Source: an uncultured Thermoleophilia bacterium (GTDB taxonomy: Bacteria > Actinomycetota > Thermoleophilia > UBA2241). Taken from it: a stretch of DNA of 64,000 bases. A model generated the notes under the pieces. It was not told where the DNA came from and ran no database searches. It was given only the letters and a program-made list of their open reading frames with translations. Position 1 is the stretch's first letter; each line of letters begins with the position of its first letter. The position numbers and the translations under genes are program-made. Where the stretch lies: the NCBI GenBank assembly GCA_963715985.1, contig CAVQSP010000011.1, positions 544,001-608,000 on the forward strand, written 5' to 3'. Positions 9,122-18,062 of this stretch are shown here, piece by piece.

Positions 9122-10105
9122 TCACCTCCACGCCGGCTGGCCGCCCGCCGTGAGCTTGTGCTTGCCGGAGCCGTCGGCGTTCATGATCCACAGGGTCTGC
9201 CACCCCTTGGCGTAGACGACCTTCGCCCAGTCCGGCGAGTAGCGGGCGACGCCCACCCCAGGCGGACCCTGCCAGCCGCCGCCGGTGGCCAGCGTGCGGA
9301 TCACGGTGCCGCTCAGCTTCGTCTGCTTGATGCTCGTCTTCGACTGCGTGGCCACGGAGAGGAGCACCGACTGCCCGTCGGCCGCCCAGTCGGCCGTGGA
9401 GGCCTCGGCCACGGGGATCTTCTTCGTGGCCCCGCTGATGATGGTGTACACCCACGTGCCGCCGCCCTCGGCGTCCTGACCCTGCTGCGCGATGAGGATG
9501 GCCGAGCCGTCGGGGGACCAGGAGAGGCTCCACGCCGTCACGATGGAGTGACCGAAGCCCCCGTTCTTCTTGAGCATCACGGACGTCCTGCCCGACGCGA
9601 CGTCGATGATGACGAGCCTGGTGCCGACCGGCGTCGCACCCCTGGCCGAGTACACGTCGGCGAACGCCAGCTTGGTGCCGTCCGGGGAGTAGGCGAGCCC
9701 CGTGACGTCGATGTAGCTGACCTTGGGGATGCTGTCGCGATAGAACACCGTCGCGGCGCCCCCCTCGGCCGGGACCGTGTAGATCGTGGACACCTTGCTC
9801 GACGACCCCTGCCGCACGAAGGCGATGGTGCTGCGGTCGGGCGACCAGGCGGGCGTGCCGTCCTCGACCTTGCCGCTCGTGAGCTGCTTGAGACCGGTGC
9901 CGTCGGGCGAGACCTTCCAGATGTGGTCGCCCCTGACGAAGGCGATGGCCGCTGCGGGAGCCGCGGCGCCATGCGCCGGCGTCATGGGCCGCGCAAGGGC
10001 CGACGGGGCCAGGGCCAAGCGCGGACGCAAAGAGCAGAAGGGCGGCGCCCGACGAGCGACACGCCGGCCGCCGCGCTCACACTGCCGGAAGAAGAGACCG
10101 TTCAC
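9122..10105 (-). CDS. TolB-like/PD40 beta-propeller secreted protein
   Basis: Repeated PAWSPD, AYSPDG, SWSPDG and RYSPDW blades plus WIMNADGSG; the signal-peptide region looks garbled by indels. Confidence 0.8.
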   Translation of the reverse strand: MNGLFFRQCERGGRRVARRAPPFCSLRPRLALAPSALARPMTPAHGAAAPAAAIAFVRGDHIWKVSPDGTGLKQLTSGKVEDGTPAWSPDRSTIAFVRQGSSSKVSTIYTVPAEGGAATVFYRDSIPKVSYIDVTGLAYSPDGTKLAFADVYSARGATPVGTRLVIIDVASGRTSVMLKKNGGFGHSIVTAWSLSWSPDGSAILIAQQGQDAEGGGTWVYTIISGATKKIPVAEASTADWAADGQSVLLSVATQSKTSIKQTKLSGTVIRTLATGGGWQGPPGVGVARYSPDWAKVVYAKGWQTLWIMNADGSGKHKLTAGGQPAWR

Positions 10106-10367
10106 GACTCACCCCCAAGGCCGCAGCGCCGGCCGTCCGGCCGGCTTTGCCGCAGTGTCTCACGGCGACCTGGTCAAGTCACCAGCACGGCCACGGCGAC
10201 GCGTATGCGGCTCCTCCGAGCGCAAGTCTTACGCTAGACTTGAGGATGAGAGTAGCACACCGTCGAGGTAGACGGACGTCTTATGTGCCCACGCGGCTCC
10301 CATCCGATAGAAGAAGAGGGCGCGCGCGAGCCCGCGCGCGCCTGCCTGTCGGCGGAACGGAGGCCAC

Positions 10368-10991
10368 GTGGCGAGGAGACAGACGAAGCAGGCCGGCGGT
10401 GGCGCCGGGTCCTCAGTGCTCCAGATCCTCATCGTGGCCGGGGTGGTCGCCCTCGTCGCCGCCATCGCGCTCCCCGTGTACGCCGGCCGGGCCAGACGGG
10501 AGACCCTCCGGCAGAACGCCGCCAGCCTGCAGCTCGAGCTCAAGACCTATCTGGCCCTCGACCTCGACCCCACCTACGTGGCCGACGGCGAGATCGGCGC
10601 GGACGCCGCGCCTCCCGCCTCACGGGAAGCGACTGCGAGCACCGGCAGCCCAGGTGCTCACAACGCCTGCCGCGTGTTCACACTCGCCCTCCGCGGCCCC
10701 CGGGACCGGGCCTCGTCCTACTACGTGAATCCATACGGCGGCAGCCGCGTGGTGGTGTGCCGCTCGGCGCCGCCGGATACCGACGATGGGGGCGCCCCGG
10801 CGGTGTGGATCACCGACGACCAGCGCTACGCCTACGACGCGCTCAAGACGTCGGCGGCGGACACGAGCGGGCTGCGCGGCACGCTGGTCGTCGTCTTCCT
10901 CTCGCACAACGGGCGGACGAGCGGCATCGACGTGTACTACGTGGACGGCTCCGGCGAGGTCTCCCCGACGGCGACGGCGCTGATCGTCTGA
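10368..10991 (+). CDS. Pilin-like protein with degenerate class III signal
   Basis: GGAGG-like RBS and GTG start; basic leader then G|SSVLQILIVAGVVALVAAIALPVY...RARRETLRQNA, resembling the type IV pilin N-terminal helix. Confidence 0.6.
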   Translation: MARRQTKQAGGGAGSSVLQILIVAGVVALVAAIALPVYAGRARRETLRQNAASLQLELKTYLALDLDPTYVADGEIGADAAPPASREATASTGSPGAHNACRVFTLALRGPRDRASSYYVNPYGGSRVVVCRSAPPDTDDGGAPAVWITDDQRYAYDALKTSAADTSGLRGTLVVVFLSHNGRTSGIDVYYVDGSGEVSPTATALIV

Positions 10992-11000
10992 GCGGCGCCG

Positions 11001-11984
11001 CTACCCGTCGACCGTGGACATGTCCGCGTAGCGGTCGCCGACGGTCTTGCCGCGCGGCGCGGCCTCGTCGAGGAGAGCCAGCTCGTCGGCGCTCAGCCGG
11101 ACCTCCTCCGCCGCCACGTTCTCCTCGAGGTACGAGCGGCGCTTGGTGCCCGGGATCGGCACGACGTCCGCGCCCTGGTGCAGCACCCAGGCCAGCGCCA
11201 GCTGGCCCGGCGTGACGTTCTTCTCCCGGGCCAGCTCCTCGAGGCGGCCCACGATCACACGGTTGGCGGCGAACGCCTCGTCCGTGAAGCGCGGGTGCCT
11301 GCTGCGCCAGTCGCCCGCGCCGGCGACGTCCTCCGGCGTGCGGAACCGGCCCGTCAAGAACCCGCGCCCCAGGGGGCTGTAGGCGACGAAGCCGATGCCG
11401 AGCTCGCGTACGGTGGGCAGGATCTCCTCCTCCGGCTCACGCGACCACAGGGAGTACTCGGTCTGCAGGGCGCTGATCGGGTACGTGGCATGGGCCCGGC
11501 GGATGGTCGCAGGCGCGGCCTCGGAGAGACCGAGGAAGCGCACCTTGCCGGCCTCGACCAGCTCGGCCATGGCGCCCACCGTCTCCTCGATGGGCACGGT
11601 GCGGTCCACGCGGTGCTGGTAGTAGAGGTCGATGACGTCCACGCCGAGCCGCCTGAGCGACGCTTCGCAGGCCGCCCGCACGTAGTCGGGGCGGCCGTTG
11701 ATGCCCACCCAGCTGCCGTCGTCGCGGCGCTCGTTGCCGAACTTGGTGGCCAGCACGACCTCGTCGCGGCGGTCGGCGACGGCACGGCCCACCAGCATCT
11801 CGTTGGTGAACGGCCCGTACATGTCCGCCGTGTCCAGCAGGCTCACGCCCAGGTCGATCGCCCTGCGGATGGTGGCGATGGCTTCCGCCTCGTCGGTCGC
11901 CCCGTAGAACTCGGACATGCCCATGCAGCCGAGTCCCACGGCCGATACCTCGAGGCCCTGGCTGCCGAGTGCGCGTGTCTGCAT
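11001..11984 (-). CDS. Aldo/keto reductase
   Basis: [48 protein letters not shown] motifs. Confidence 0.95.
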   Translation of the reverse strand: MQTRALGSQGLEVSAVGLGCMGMSEFYGATDEAEAIATIRRAIDLGVSLLDTADMYGPFTNEMLVGRAVADRRDEVVLATKFGNERRDDGSWVGINGRPDYVRAACEASLRRLGVDVIDLYYQHRVDRTVPIEETVGAMAELVEAGKVRFLGLSEAAPATIRRAHATYPISALQTEYSLWSREPEEEILPTVRELGIGFVAYSPLGRGFLTGRFRTPEDVAGAGDWRSRHPRFTDEAFAANRVIVGRLEELAREKNVTPGQLALAWVLHQGADVVPIPGTKRRSYLEENVAAEEVRLSADELALLDEAAPRGKTVGDRYADMSTVDG

Positions 11985-12067
11985 GAGTCGTCCTTCCGTG
12001 AGCTGGGCGGGCGCCGCTAGCGGCCGCAGGCACCACAGCGAGTGGGGCGCCGCAGGCGCACCGCTCA

Positions 12068-12562
12068 TTAGCCGCCGAGCATCGTCTCGGCGAAGCTTCG
12101 GGCCGCGGCGCGGGCGTCGTCCAGGGCGCCGTCGGCGAGCGGCCCCTTCATGCCGGTGACGAGACAGCGCAGCTCGATCGGCGCCACCCGCAGCCCCTTC
12201 TCCTCGAGGCGCTGCCGCAGTTCGGCCACCCCGCCCGGGTACAGCCAGGCGTTGTCCACGTTCTTGGCCGGATCGGGATCCAGGGGGCCCCAGGTGTCGT
12301 AGACGAGCGCCGGCTTGCCGGCCCACGCCGCCGCGTCGAGCTTCTTGGCGAAGGCGGCGGCGCGCTTGCCGATGTGCTTCATGCGGGTGGGGCCGCCGAG
12401 CACGAGGAACTCGGCGGCGGCCAGGACGTCCTTGCCGGCCTTCGCACGGTGCAGCGCGACCAGCGTGACCGCGTGACCGGCGCCGGTGAGCTCCTCAGCG
12501 ATCGCCGTGGCGACTCGCTCACCGTTGCCGTAGTAGCTGTCGTAGGCGACGAGACCGTTCAT
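12068..12562 (-). CDS. Flavodoxin-family protein
   Basis: [18 protein letters not shown] phosphate loop, [14 protein letters not shown]; GGAGGGG RBS. Confidence 0.8.
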   Translation of the reverse strand: MNGLVAYDSYYGNGERVATAIAEELTGAGHAVTLVALHRAKAGKDVLAAAEFLVLGGPTRMKHIGKRAAAFAKKLDAAAWAGKPALVYDTWGPLDPDPAKNVDNAWLYPGGVAELRQRLEEKGLRVAPIELRCLVTGMKGPLADGALDDARAAARSFAETMLGG

Positions 12563-12675
12563 GCGTCCCCTCCCGGACCCGCTCGGGTCCAGCCTACCAC
12601 CGCGGCCGGCGGCGGCGGCCGGCGTGTGCGCCGCCGGAGCGGACGGCAACGGTTGCGACGACCCGACGCCGCGGG

Positions 12676-12702
12676 CATACTGCAAATGATGTTTGCAATA
12701 TG
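12676..12702. promoter_or_regulatory. Palindromic operator candidate upstream of the MMPL-TetR operon
   Basis: CATAcTGCAAA-TGATG-TTTGCAaTATG, an AT-rich inverted repeat ~60 bp before the MMPL start. Confidence 0.55.
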
Positions 12703-12760
12703 CGAGAGATATTTGCGGAAGCGCGTCGTCGCGCCGCCGGCGCCGGCGGAGGTGCGGCTG

Positions 12761-15700
12761 ATGGCCCGCAGGGGCTTCACCGAGCGAGCCGCCGTTGCCT
12801 GCGCCCGGCGTCCCTGGGTGACGATCTCCGTCTGGGTGGTCGCGCTGGCCGGCTGCGCTGCGCTGTACCTCCTGTGGGGCGACGTGTTCACGACGTCGTC
12901 CAAGTTCCTCAACGAGCCTGACTCGAAGCGGGCTGCCGACCTCGTCGCGGAGCACGGTGGCGGAAGCGCGGCGGCACAGACGGGTGCAGCCGTGCAGAGT
13001 CTCGCCGAGGGCATCGACTCCGCGCGCGCCGGGGCCGGCAAGCTGGCGAAGGGCTCGCAGAAGCTCTCCGGCGGGACCAGGTCGCTGCAACGCGGGCTCG
13101 GCAGGCTGGCCGGCGGAGCCGGCGAGCTGAGCGCCGGGACGCGCAAGGCCAGCGCCGGCGCCGGCGGCTTGAGCCAGGGCCTGACGAGCGCGTCGGCCGG
13201 CGCGTCCAGCCTGAGCGCCGGCCTGAGCAAGGTCGGCGGCGCGACCGATGCGTTCAGCGCCGGCCTGCTTCGCCTCTCGGCCGGCGGCGCGGAGCTGGTG
13301 ACGGCGGCCGACAGGCTGTCCGCCGGCGCCGGAGACTTGGCCGCCGGCGCCAAGCAGACCGCCGCCGGCGTCGGTCAGGCCTCTTCGTCGGCCGGCCAGC
13401 TCAGCGGCGGTGCCCAGAACCTGAAGAGTCTGGTCGACTCGTACCTGCAGCAGCACCCGGACGCGGCCGACGACCCCACGTACCAGCAGATCGTCGGCTT
13501 GGCCGCCCAGCTGGCCGCGGGATCGGGAGACCTCGCCGCCGGACTCAAGTCCGCGAGCGACGGCGCCTCGTCCGTCGCTGCCGGCGCCGGCGAGCTGGCA
13601 GCGGGCGCCGGCAAGCTGGCCTCCGGAGCACGCAGCCTCGGCTCCGGCCTCAAGAAGAGCGCCGGCGGGGCGGGGCAGCTGGGCCAGAGCCTGGACGCGC
13701 TCACCTCCGGCGGCGCCCAGCTGGCCGGGGGCCTCAGCACCGCCGCCCAAAGCTCGCAGGCGCTGGCCGCCGGGTCGCAGGAACTCGCCAGCGGCACCTC
13801 CAGGGTGGCCAGGGCGGCGCGCAGGGCGGCCGGTGGCGCGAAGCAGGTGGCGCGGGGCACGACCAGTCTCAGCAACGGCGTGAGCGGCCTGCACACCGGC
13901 CTGGCGTCGGCCGCGAAAGGGGCGACCAAGCTGACCGATGCGCTCGCCTCGGCCGGGTCGCTCACCAACCACGACACGGAGATCGTCGTCGTGCACAACG
14001 GCGGCCTCACGGTGGACGACCCGGCCTTCGAGCGGGAGGTCCTCGCCCTGCGCGACGAGCTCGCCGCCCTGCCGGAGACCGATGTCGTCAGCGTCACCAG
14101 CATCTTCGACGACGGCCTCGACACGGCCGTACGTGACGGCCTGACCTCAGAGGATCGGCACACTGCGCTCATCACGGTCGAGCTCAACGCCCGGCCGGAC
14201 GAAGCCGCCAATCACATCGGCGGCGTGTACGACGTCGTCACCGAAGCAGACGGCCGGGACGGCTTCGACGTGGCCGTCACCGGCCAGGCTGCCTTCATGA
14301 GCGACGGTCAGCGCCTTGCCAGGTCCGACCTCGAGCGCGGCGAGGCCATCGGCATCCCCGTGGCGCTCATCATCCTGATCCTCGTCTTCGGCACCCTGGT
14401 GGCCGCCGGCGTGCCCCTCGTGCTGAGCATCTTCGCCATCGTCGTCGGTCTGGCGATCACCGTGCTCTTCGGCCACCTGTTCGATGTCTCGATCTTCGCC
14501 CTCAACGTGCTGACCGCGATGGGCCTCGCCGTCGGCATCGACTACTCCCTGTTCATCGTCTCGCGCTTCCGGGAGGAGCGCGCCGGCGGCCGCGACAAGC
14601 TCGCGGCCATCGCCGCGGCCGCCGCCACGGCCTCGAACGCCGTGTTCTTCAGCGGCATGACGGTCGTCCTGGCTCTGGTCGGCATGCTCATCGTGCCGCT
14701 GTCGGTCTTCACCAGCCTGGGCATCGGCGCCATGGCCGCGGTGTTCGCCGCCGTCGCCGCCGCGCTCACGCTGCTGCCCGCCATCCTCAGCCTGCTCGGT
14801 GACCGCATCGATGCGCTGCGGGTGCCGTTCCTGCACCACACCGCACACCGTCCCGGGCGGGAGGGCTGGTGGGGCCGGGCGGCAAAGGCGATGATGAAGC
14901 GCCCGGTGATCGGTCTGGCGCTGGGCGCCGTCCTGCTGCTCGCCCTCGCGGCGCCGACCCTGCTCATGCACAGCGGCGGGTTCAGCGCCGCCTCGTTCCC
15001 CGACACGTACTCGTCGAAGAAGGGCCTGCTCATGCTGCAGCGCGACTTCGCCGCCGGCCTGAGCCAGCCGGTCACCGTGGCCGTGGACGGCGATCTCGGG
15101 GACACGGCGGTGCAGGACGGGCTCAAGCGCCTGATCAGTGAGGTGTCCAAGGACGGCCGCTTCACGCTCGCCGGCGTGCAGACGAGCGGGGACGGGTCGC
15201 TGGCCGTGGTGCGGCTGGTGCAGGACGCCGAGGCGATGACGAGCCAGGCGCGGGACGGCGTGCTCGCACTGCGCCAGGAGCTCGTGCCTGCGGCGTTCGC
15301 CGGGGTTCCGGCGAGCGTCTTCGTGGGCGGCCAGACGGCGGGCGACATCGACTCCGTGCGCCTCACCGATGCGTACATGCCGGTGGTCATCGGCGTCGTG
15401 TTGAGCCTGAGCTTCCTCCTGCTGCTGGTCGCGTTCCGCTCCGTCGTCGTCTCCCTGTCGGCGATCGTCATGAACCTGCTGTCCGTGGGCGCGGCGTACG
15501 GCGTCATCACGCTCGTGTTCCAGAAGGGCGTGGGCGCGGACCTGCTCGGCCTGACCCAGATGCCGGCCATCGAGTCCTGGGTGCCGCTGCTGATGTTCTG
15601 CGTGCTGTTCGGGCTCAGCATGGACTACCAGGTGTTCCTCCTGAGCCGCATCCGTGAGAGCTGGGGCGAGACGCACGACAACCGCGACGCGGTGGTGTTC

Positions 15701-16045
15701 GGCGTGCAATCCACCGCCGGCATCATCACCGGCGCCGCGCTCATCATGGTGGCGGTGTTCGCGGGCATGGCCAGCGGGCGCTTCACCGTGCTGCAGCAGC
15801 TGGGGGTCGGGCTGGCGGTGGCCGTCCTGCTGGACGCGTTCGTGGTGCGGACCGTCATCGCCCCGGCGATGATCGCCCTCATCGGCGAGCGCTTCTGGTG
15901 GCTGCCGCGCTGGCTCGAGTGGCTGCCGCGCGTCGGCGTGGAGGGGCCGGTGTCCGAGGAGGAAGAGGCCGGCGGCGAGCGCACGAGCAGGGGCGGAGCG
16001 GGAGGCAGGCTCGCCGCAGGCTCCGCGCCCGGTCGCGCCGAATAA
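12761..16045 (+). CDS. MMPL-family (RND) transporter with a long Ala/Gly heptad-repeat insertion
   Basis: GGAGG RBS; MGLAVGIDYSLFIVSRFREE and LFGLSMDYQVFLLSRIRE MMPL motifs; about 300 aa of xxxLxxG heptads (e.g. AGKLAKG SQKLSGG TRSLQRG) after TM1. Confidence 0.9.
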   Translation: MARRGFTERAAVACARRPWVTISVWVVALAGCAALYLLWGDVFTTSSKFLNEPDSKRAADLVAEHGGGSAAAQTGAAVQSLAEGIDSARAGAGKLAKGSQKLSGGTRSLQRGLGRLAGGAGELSAGTRKASAGAGGLSQGLTSASAGASSLSAGLSKVGGATDAFSAGLLRLSAGGAELVTAADRLSAGAGDLAAGAKQTAAGVGQASSSAGQLSGGAQNLKSLVDSYLQQHPDAADDPTYQQIVGLAAQLAAGSGDLAAGLKSASDGASSVAAGAGELAAGAGKLASGARSLGSGLKKSAGGAGQLGQSLDALTSGGAQLAGGLSTAAQSSQALAAGSQELASGTSRVARAARRAAGGAKQVARGTTSLSNGVSGLHTGLASAAKGATKLTDALASAGSLTNHDTEIVVVHNGGLTVDDPAFEREVLALRDELAALPETDVVSVTSIFDDGLDTAVRDGLTSEDRHTALITVELNARPDEAANHIGGVYDVVTEADGRDGFDVAVTGQAAFMSDGQRLARSDLERGEAIGIPVALIILILVFGTLVAAGVPLVLSIFAIVVGLAITVLFGHLFDVSIFALNVLTAMGLAVGIDYSLFIVSRFREERAGGRDKLAAIAAAAATASNAVFFSGMTVVLALVGMLIVPLSVFTSLGIGAMAAVFAAVAAALTLLPAILSLLGDRIDALRVPFLHHTAHRPGREGWWGRAAKAMMKRPVIGLALGAVLLLALAAPTLLMHSGGFSAASFPDTYSSKKGLLMLQRDFAAGLSQPVTVAVDGDLGDTAVQDGLKRLISEVSKDGRFTLAGVQTSGDGSLAVVRLVQDAEAMTSQARDGVLALRQELVPAAFAGVPASVFVGGQTAGDIDSVRLTDAYMPVVIGVVLSLSFLLLLVAFRSVVVSLSAIVMNLLSVGAAYGVITLVFQKGVGADLLGLTQMPAIESWVPLLMFCVLFGLSMDYQVFLLSRIRESWGETHDNRDAVVFGVQSTAGIITGAALIMVAVFAGMASGRFTVLQQLGVGLAVAVLLDAFVVRTVIAPAMIALIGERFWWLPRWLEWLPRVGVEGPVSEEEEAGGERTSRGGAGGRLAAGSAPGRAE

Positions 16046-16050
16046 GCAGC

Positions 16051-16837
16051 GTGATGGACGGCGGCACCCCAGAGACCGGCGCGCCCGCCTCGGGCCGGCG
16101 CGCCGTGCGCCACTCGCGGACCCGCAGCGAGATCCTGGACGCCGCCGCCGAGCTCATCACCGAGCAGGGCGCCGAAGCGCTCAACCTGAGCGAACTCGCG
16201 ACCCGAGCGGGGTTCAGCAACGCCGCGTCGCTGTACCGCTACTTCTCCAGCAAGAAGGAGCTCATGGGCGCCTTGATGCGCCGCGGGCTGGAACGCCTGG
16301 AGGACCACCTGCGAGACGTGCCGGCGGACCTGCCCCCGGAGGAGCAGCTCGTCGAGTTCTGCCTCGCCTACGTGGACTACGCGCGCTCCCATCCCGGCGA
16401 GCGTGCCCTCTTGCTCACCACCACCGCCGTCATCGCCCCGGAGGACCGCGCGGCGTCGCTGCCGGAGGAGTTCGTCAACCGGGTGTTCGGACTGATCGCG
16501 ACCGTCATCGAGAGCGGCGGAGAGGGCGAGAGCGAAGGCACGCGCGACTGGGCGGCTCTCAGCACGGCCATGGGCGAGCGAGACTCGAGGCCGCTGGGCG
16601 CCGGCGCGACAGGCGGGCAAGGCGCCGCGTGCGGGCGAAGGCGGAGCACTCCCCCGCGGCGCCCCCGACGCCGGCGACATCTTCGCCATGCTGCACGCCG
16701 TGTGGGCGCTCGCCCAAGGCATGGCCGAGTACGACAGGCTCTACACGGGCCCGGAGCGCGAGGTGCTGCGCAGCCGGCACCGTGTGATCTTCCGGGCGTA
16801 CGTGGAGGGCTCCAAACGCGCCTGGTCGGCGCGGTAG
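16051..16837 (+). CDS. TetR-family regulator (frameshift near 16650)
   Basis: TRSEILDAAAELITEQGAEALNLSELATRAGFSNAASLYRYFSSK HTH; C-terminal HAVWALAQGMAEY...RAYVEGSKRAWSAR* lies in another frame. Confidence 0.8.
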
Positions 16838-16898
16838 GCCCTGAGCGCATGATGCCCGATGTCAACGGCGCCCCGGCACGGAGCGACCCGGTCCACGA

Positions 16899-16940
16899 CG
16901 AAGCGCCGGGGTGACTCGACGGAGTCACCCCGGCGCTTCG
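16899..16940. terminator. Perfect 19-bp stem-loop, probable (bidirectional) terminator
   Basis: CGAAGCGCCGGGGTGACTC-GACG-GAGTCACCCCGGCGCTTCG. Confidence 0.7.
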
Positions 16941-17070
16941 AGAGGCGGCACGCCGCTCGGGAGGAGGAGGTCAGCCTCCCCGGCGGCTCCCGGCTCAGTG
17001 AGGGCAGCACTGGTTTTCAGCCGGGCCGTGACGGCCGAGGGGGACGACCGTCGCTGCCGTTTCTTTCTTG
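16899..17070 (-). ncRNA. Candidate structured small RNA with three C-rich hairpin loops
   Basis: Minus strand: a closing CGGCA/UGCCG stem encloses GACGGUCG-UCCCCCU-CGGCCGUC, CCCGGCU..CAGUG-CUGCCCU-CACUG-AGCCGGG and GCCGC-CGGGGAGG-CUGACCUCCU-CCUCCCG-A-GCGGC, followed by the 19-bp hairpin; AT-rich patch upstream. Folded by eye. Confidence 0.45.
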
Positions 17071-17232
17071 GCCAGTATTCTGTCCGCGTACTATTAAGCT
17101 GGTGAGAAGGCTTTGTTTCGCTCTCGTTGCGCTTGCGAAAGAGTTGCGGAACGCCGGCGAGACAGCCCGGTCGCACCTCGGCCGAGTGCCGCCGACAACG
17201 GTGACTGGCGCCGCTGCTATGCTCGCGGCACC

Positions 17233-17997
17233 ATGAGCGACCCCTCTTCGCCATCGCCGTCGCACGCTTCCCCACTGTGGGAGTCCTGGAACCCGGTGAC
17301 CGGGTGCACGAAAGTCTCCGAGGGCTGCCGGCACTGTTACGCCGAACGCTTCGCGGAGCGCTGGCGAGGCCTCGCCGGGCACCACTACGAGCACGGCTTC
17401 GACCTGCAACTGCGCCCCGAGCGCCTCGAGCTCCCGCTGCACTGGAAGAAGCCGCGGCACGTGTTCGTCGACTCCATGAGCGACCTCTTTCACGGGCGCA
17501 TCCCCGACGACTACGTGCGCGAGGTCTTCGCGGTGATGGAGCGCGCGCCGCAGCACGTGTACCACGTGCTCACCAAGCGCGAAGAGCGCCTGGCGGCGCT
17601 CGCGCCGAGCCTGCCCTGGCCGCCGCAGGTGTGGATGGGCGTGACCGTCGAGCGCGACGAGTACCGGCGACGGGCAGACGTGCTGCGCACGGTCCCCGCC
17701 GCCGTCCGGCACATCTCGGCTGAGCCGCTGCTGGGGGCGCTGGACGAGCTCGACCTGAGCGGCATCCACCTGGTGGTGGCGGGCGGCGAGTCCGGCCCGG
17801 AGCGCCGCCCGCCGCGATTGGAGTGGCTGCGCGCCCTGCGCGACCGCTGCGTGGCGCAGTGCGTGTGCTTCACCTTCAAGGGCTGGGGCGGCGGCACGCA
17901 GCGCGCCGGCGGCCGCCTGCTCGACGGCCGCGAGTGGAACGAGTCGCCGCTGCTGCCGGTCGTCGGCCGCGAAGCACCCCAAACCCGCCTGTTCTGA
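17233..17997 (+). CDS. DUF5131 / phage Gp37-Gp68 family protein (three-Cys motif)
   Basis: WNPVTGCTKVSEGCRHCYAE, FVDSMSDLFH, LTKR, SAEPLLG, GGESG; extended -10-like TGcTATGCT at 17215-17223. Confidence 0.9.
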   Translation: MSDPSSPSPSHASPLWESWNPVTGCTKVSEGCRHCYAERFAERWRGLAGHHYEHGFDLQLRPERLELPLHWKKPRHVFVDSMSDLFHGRIPDDYVREVFAVMERAPQHVYHVLTKREERLAALAPSLPWPPQVWMGVTVERDEYRRRADVLRTVPAAVRHISAEPLLGALDELDLSGIHLVVAGGESGPERRPPRLEWLRALRDRCVAQCVCFTFKGWGGGTQRAGGRLLDGREWNESPLLPVVGREAPQTRLF

Positions 17998-18062
17998 CGC
18001 TCGGATCCGGCGCGGCCACACGGGCGAGGGCGCAGGTCGGGGTGCTAGAGTCCTCTCCGCCG

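Noticed and set aside
12975-13960. Repetitive DNA in the MMPL gene (and at 26137-26263) as a CRISPR-like or non-coding array
   Set aside because: The periodicity is a multiple of 3, variation is synonymous, there are no unique spacers and no cas genes; these are coding repeats.
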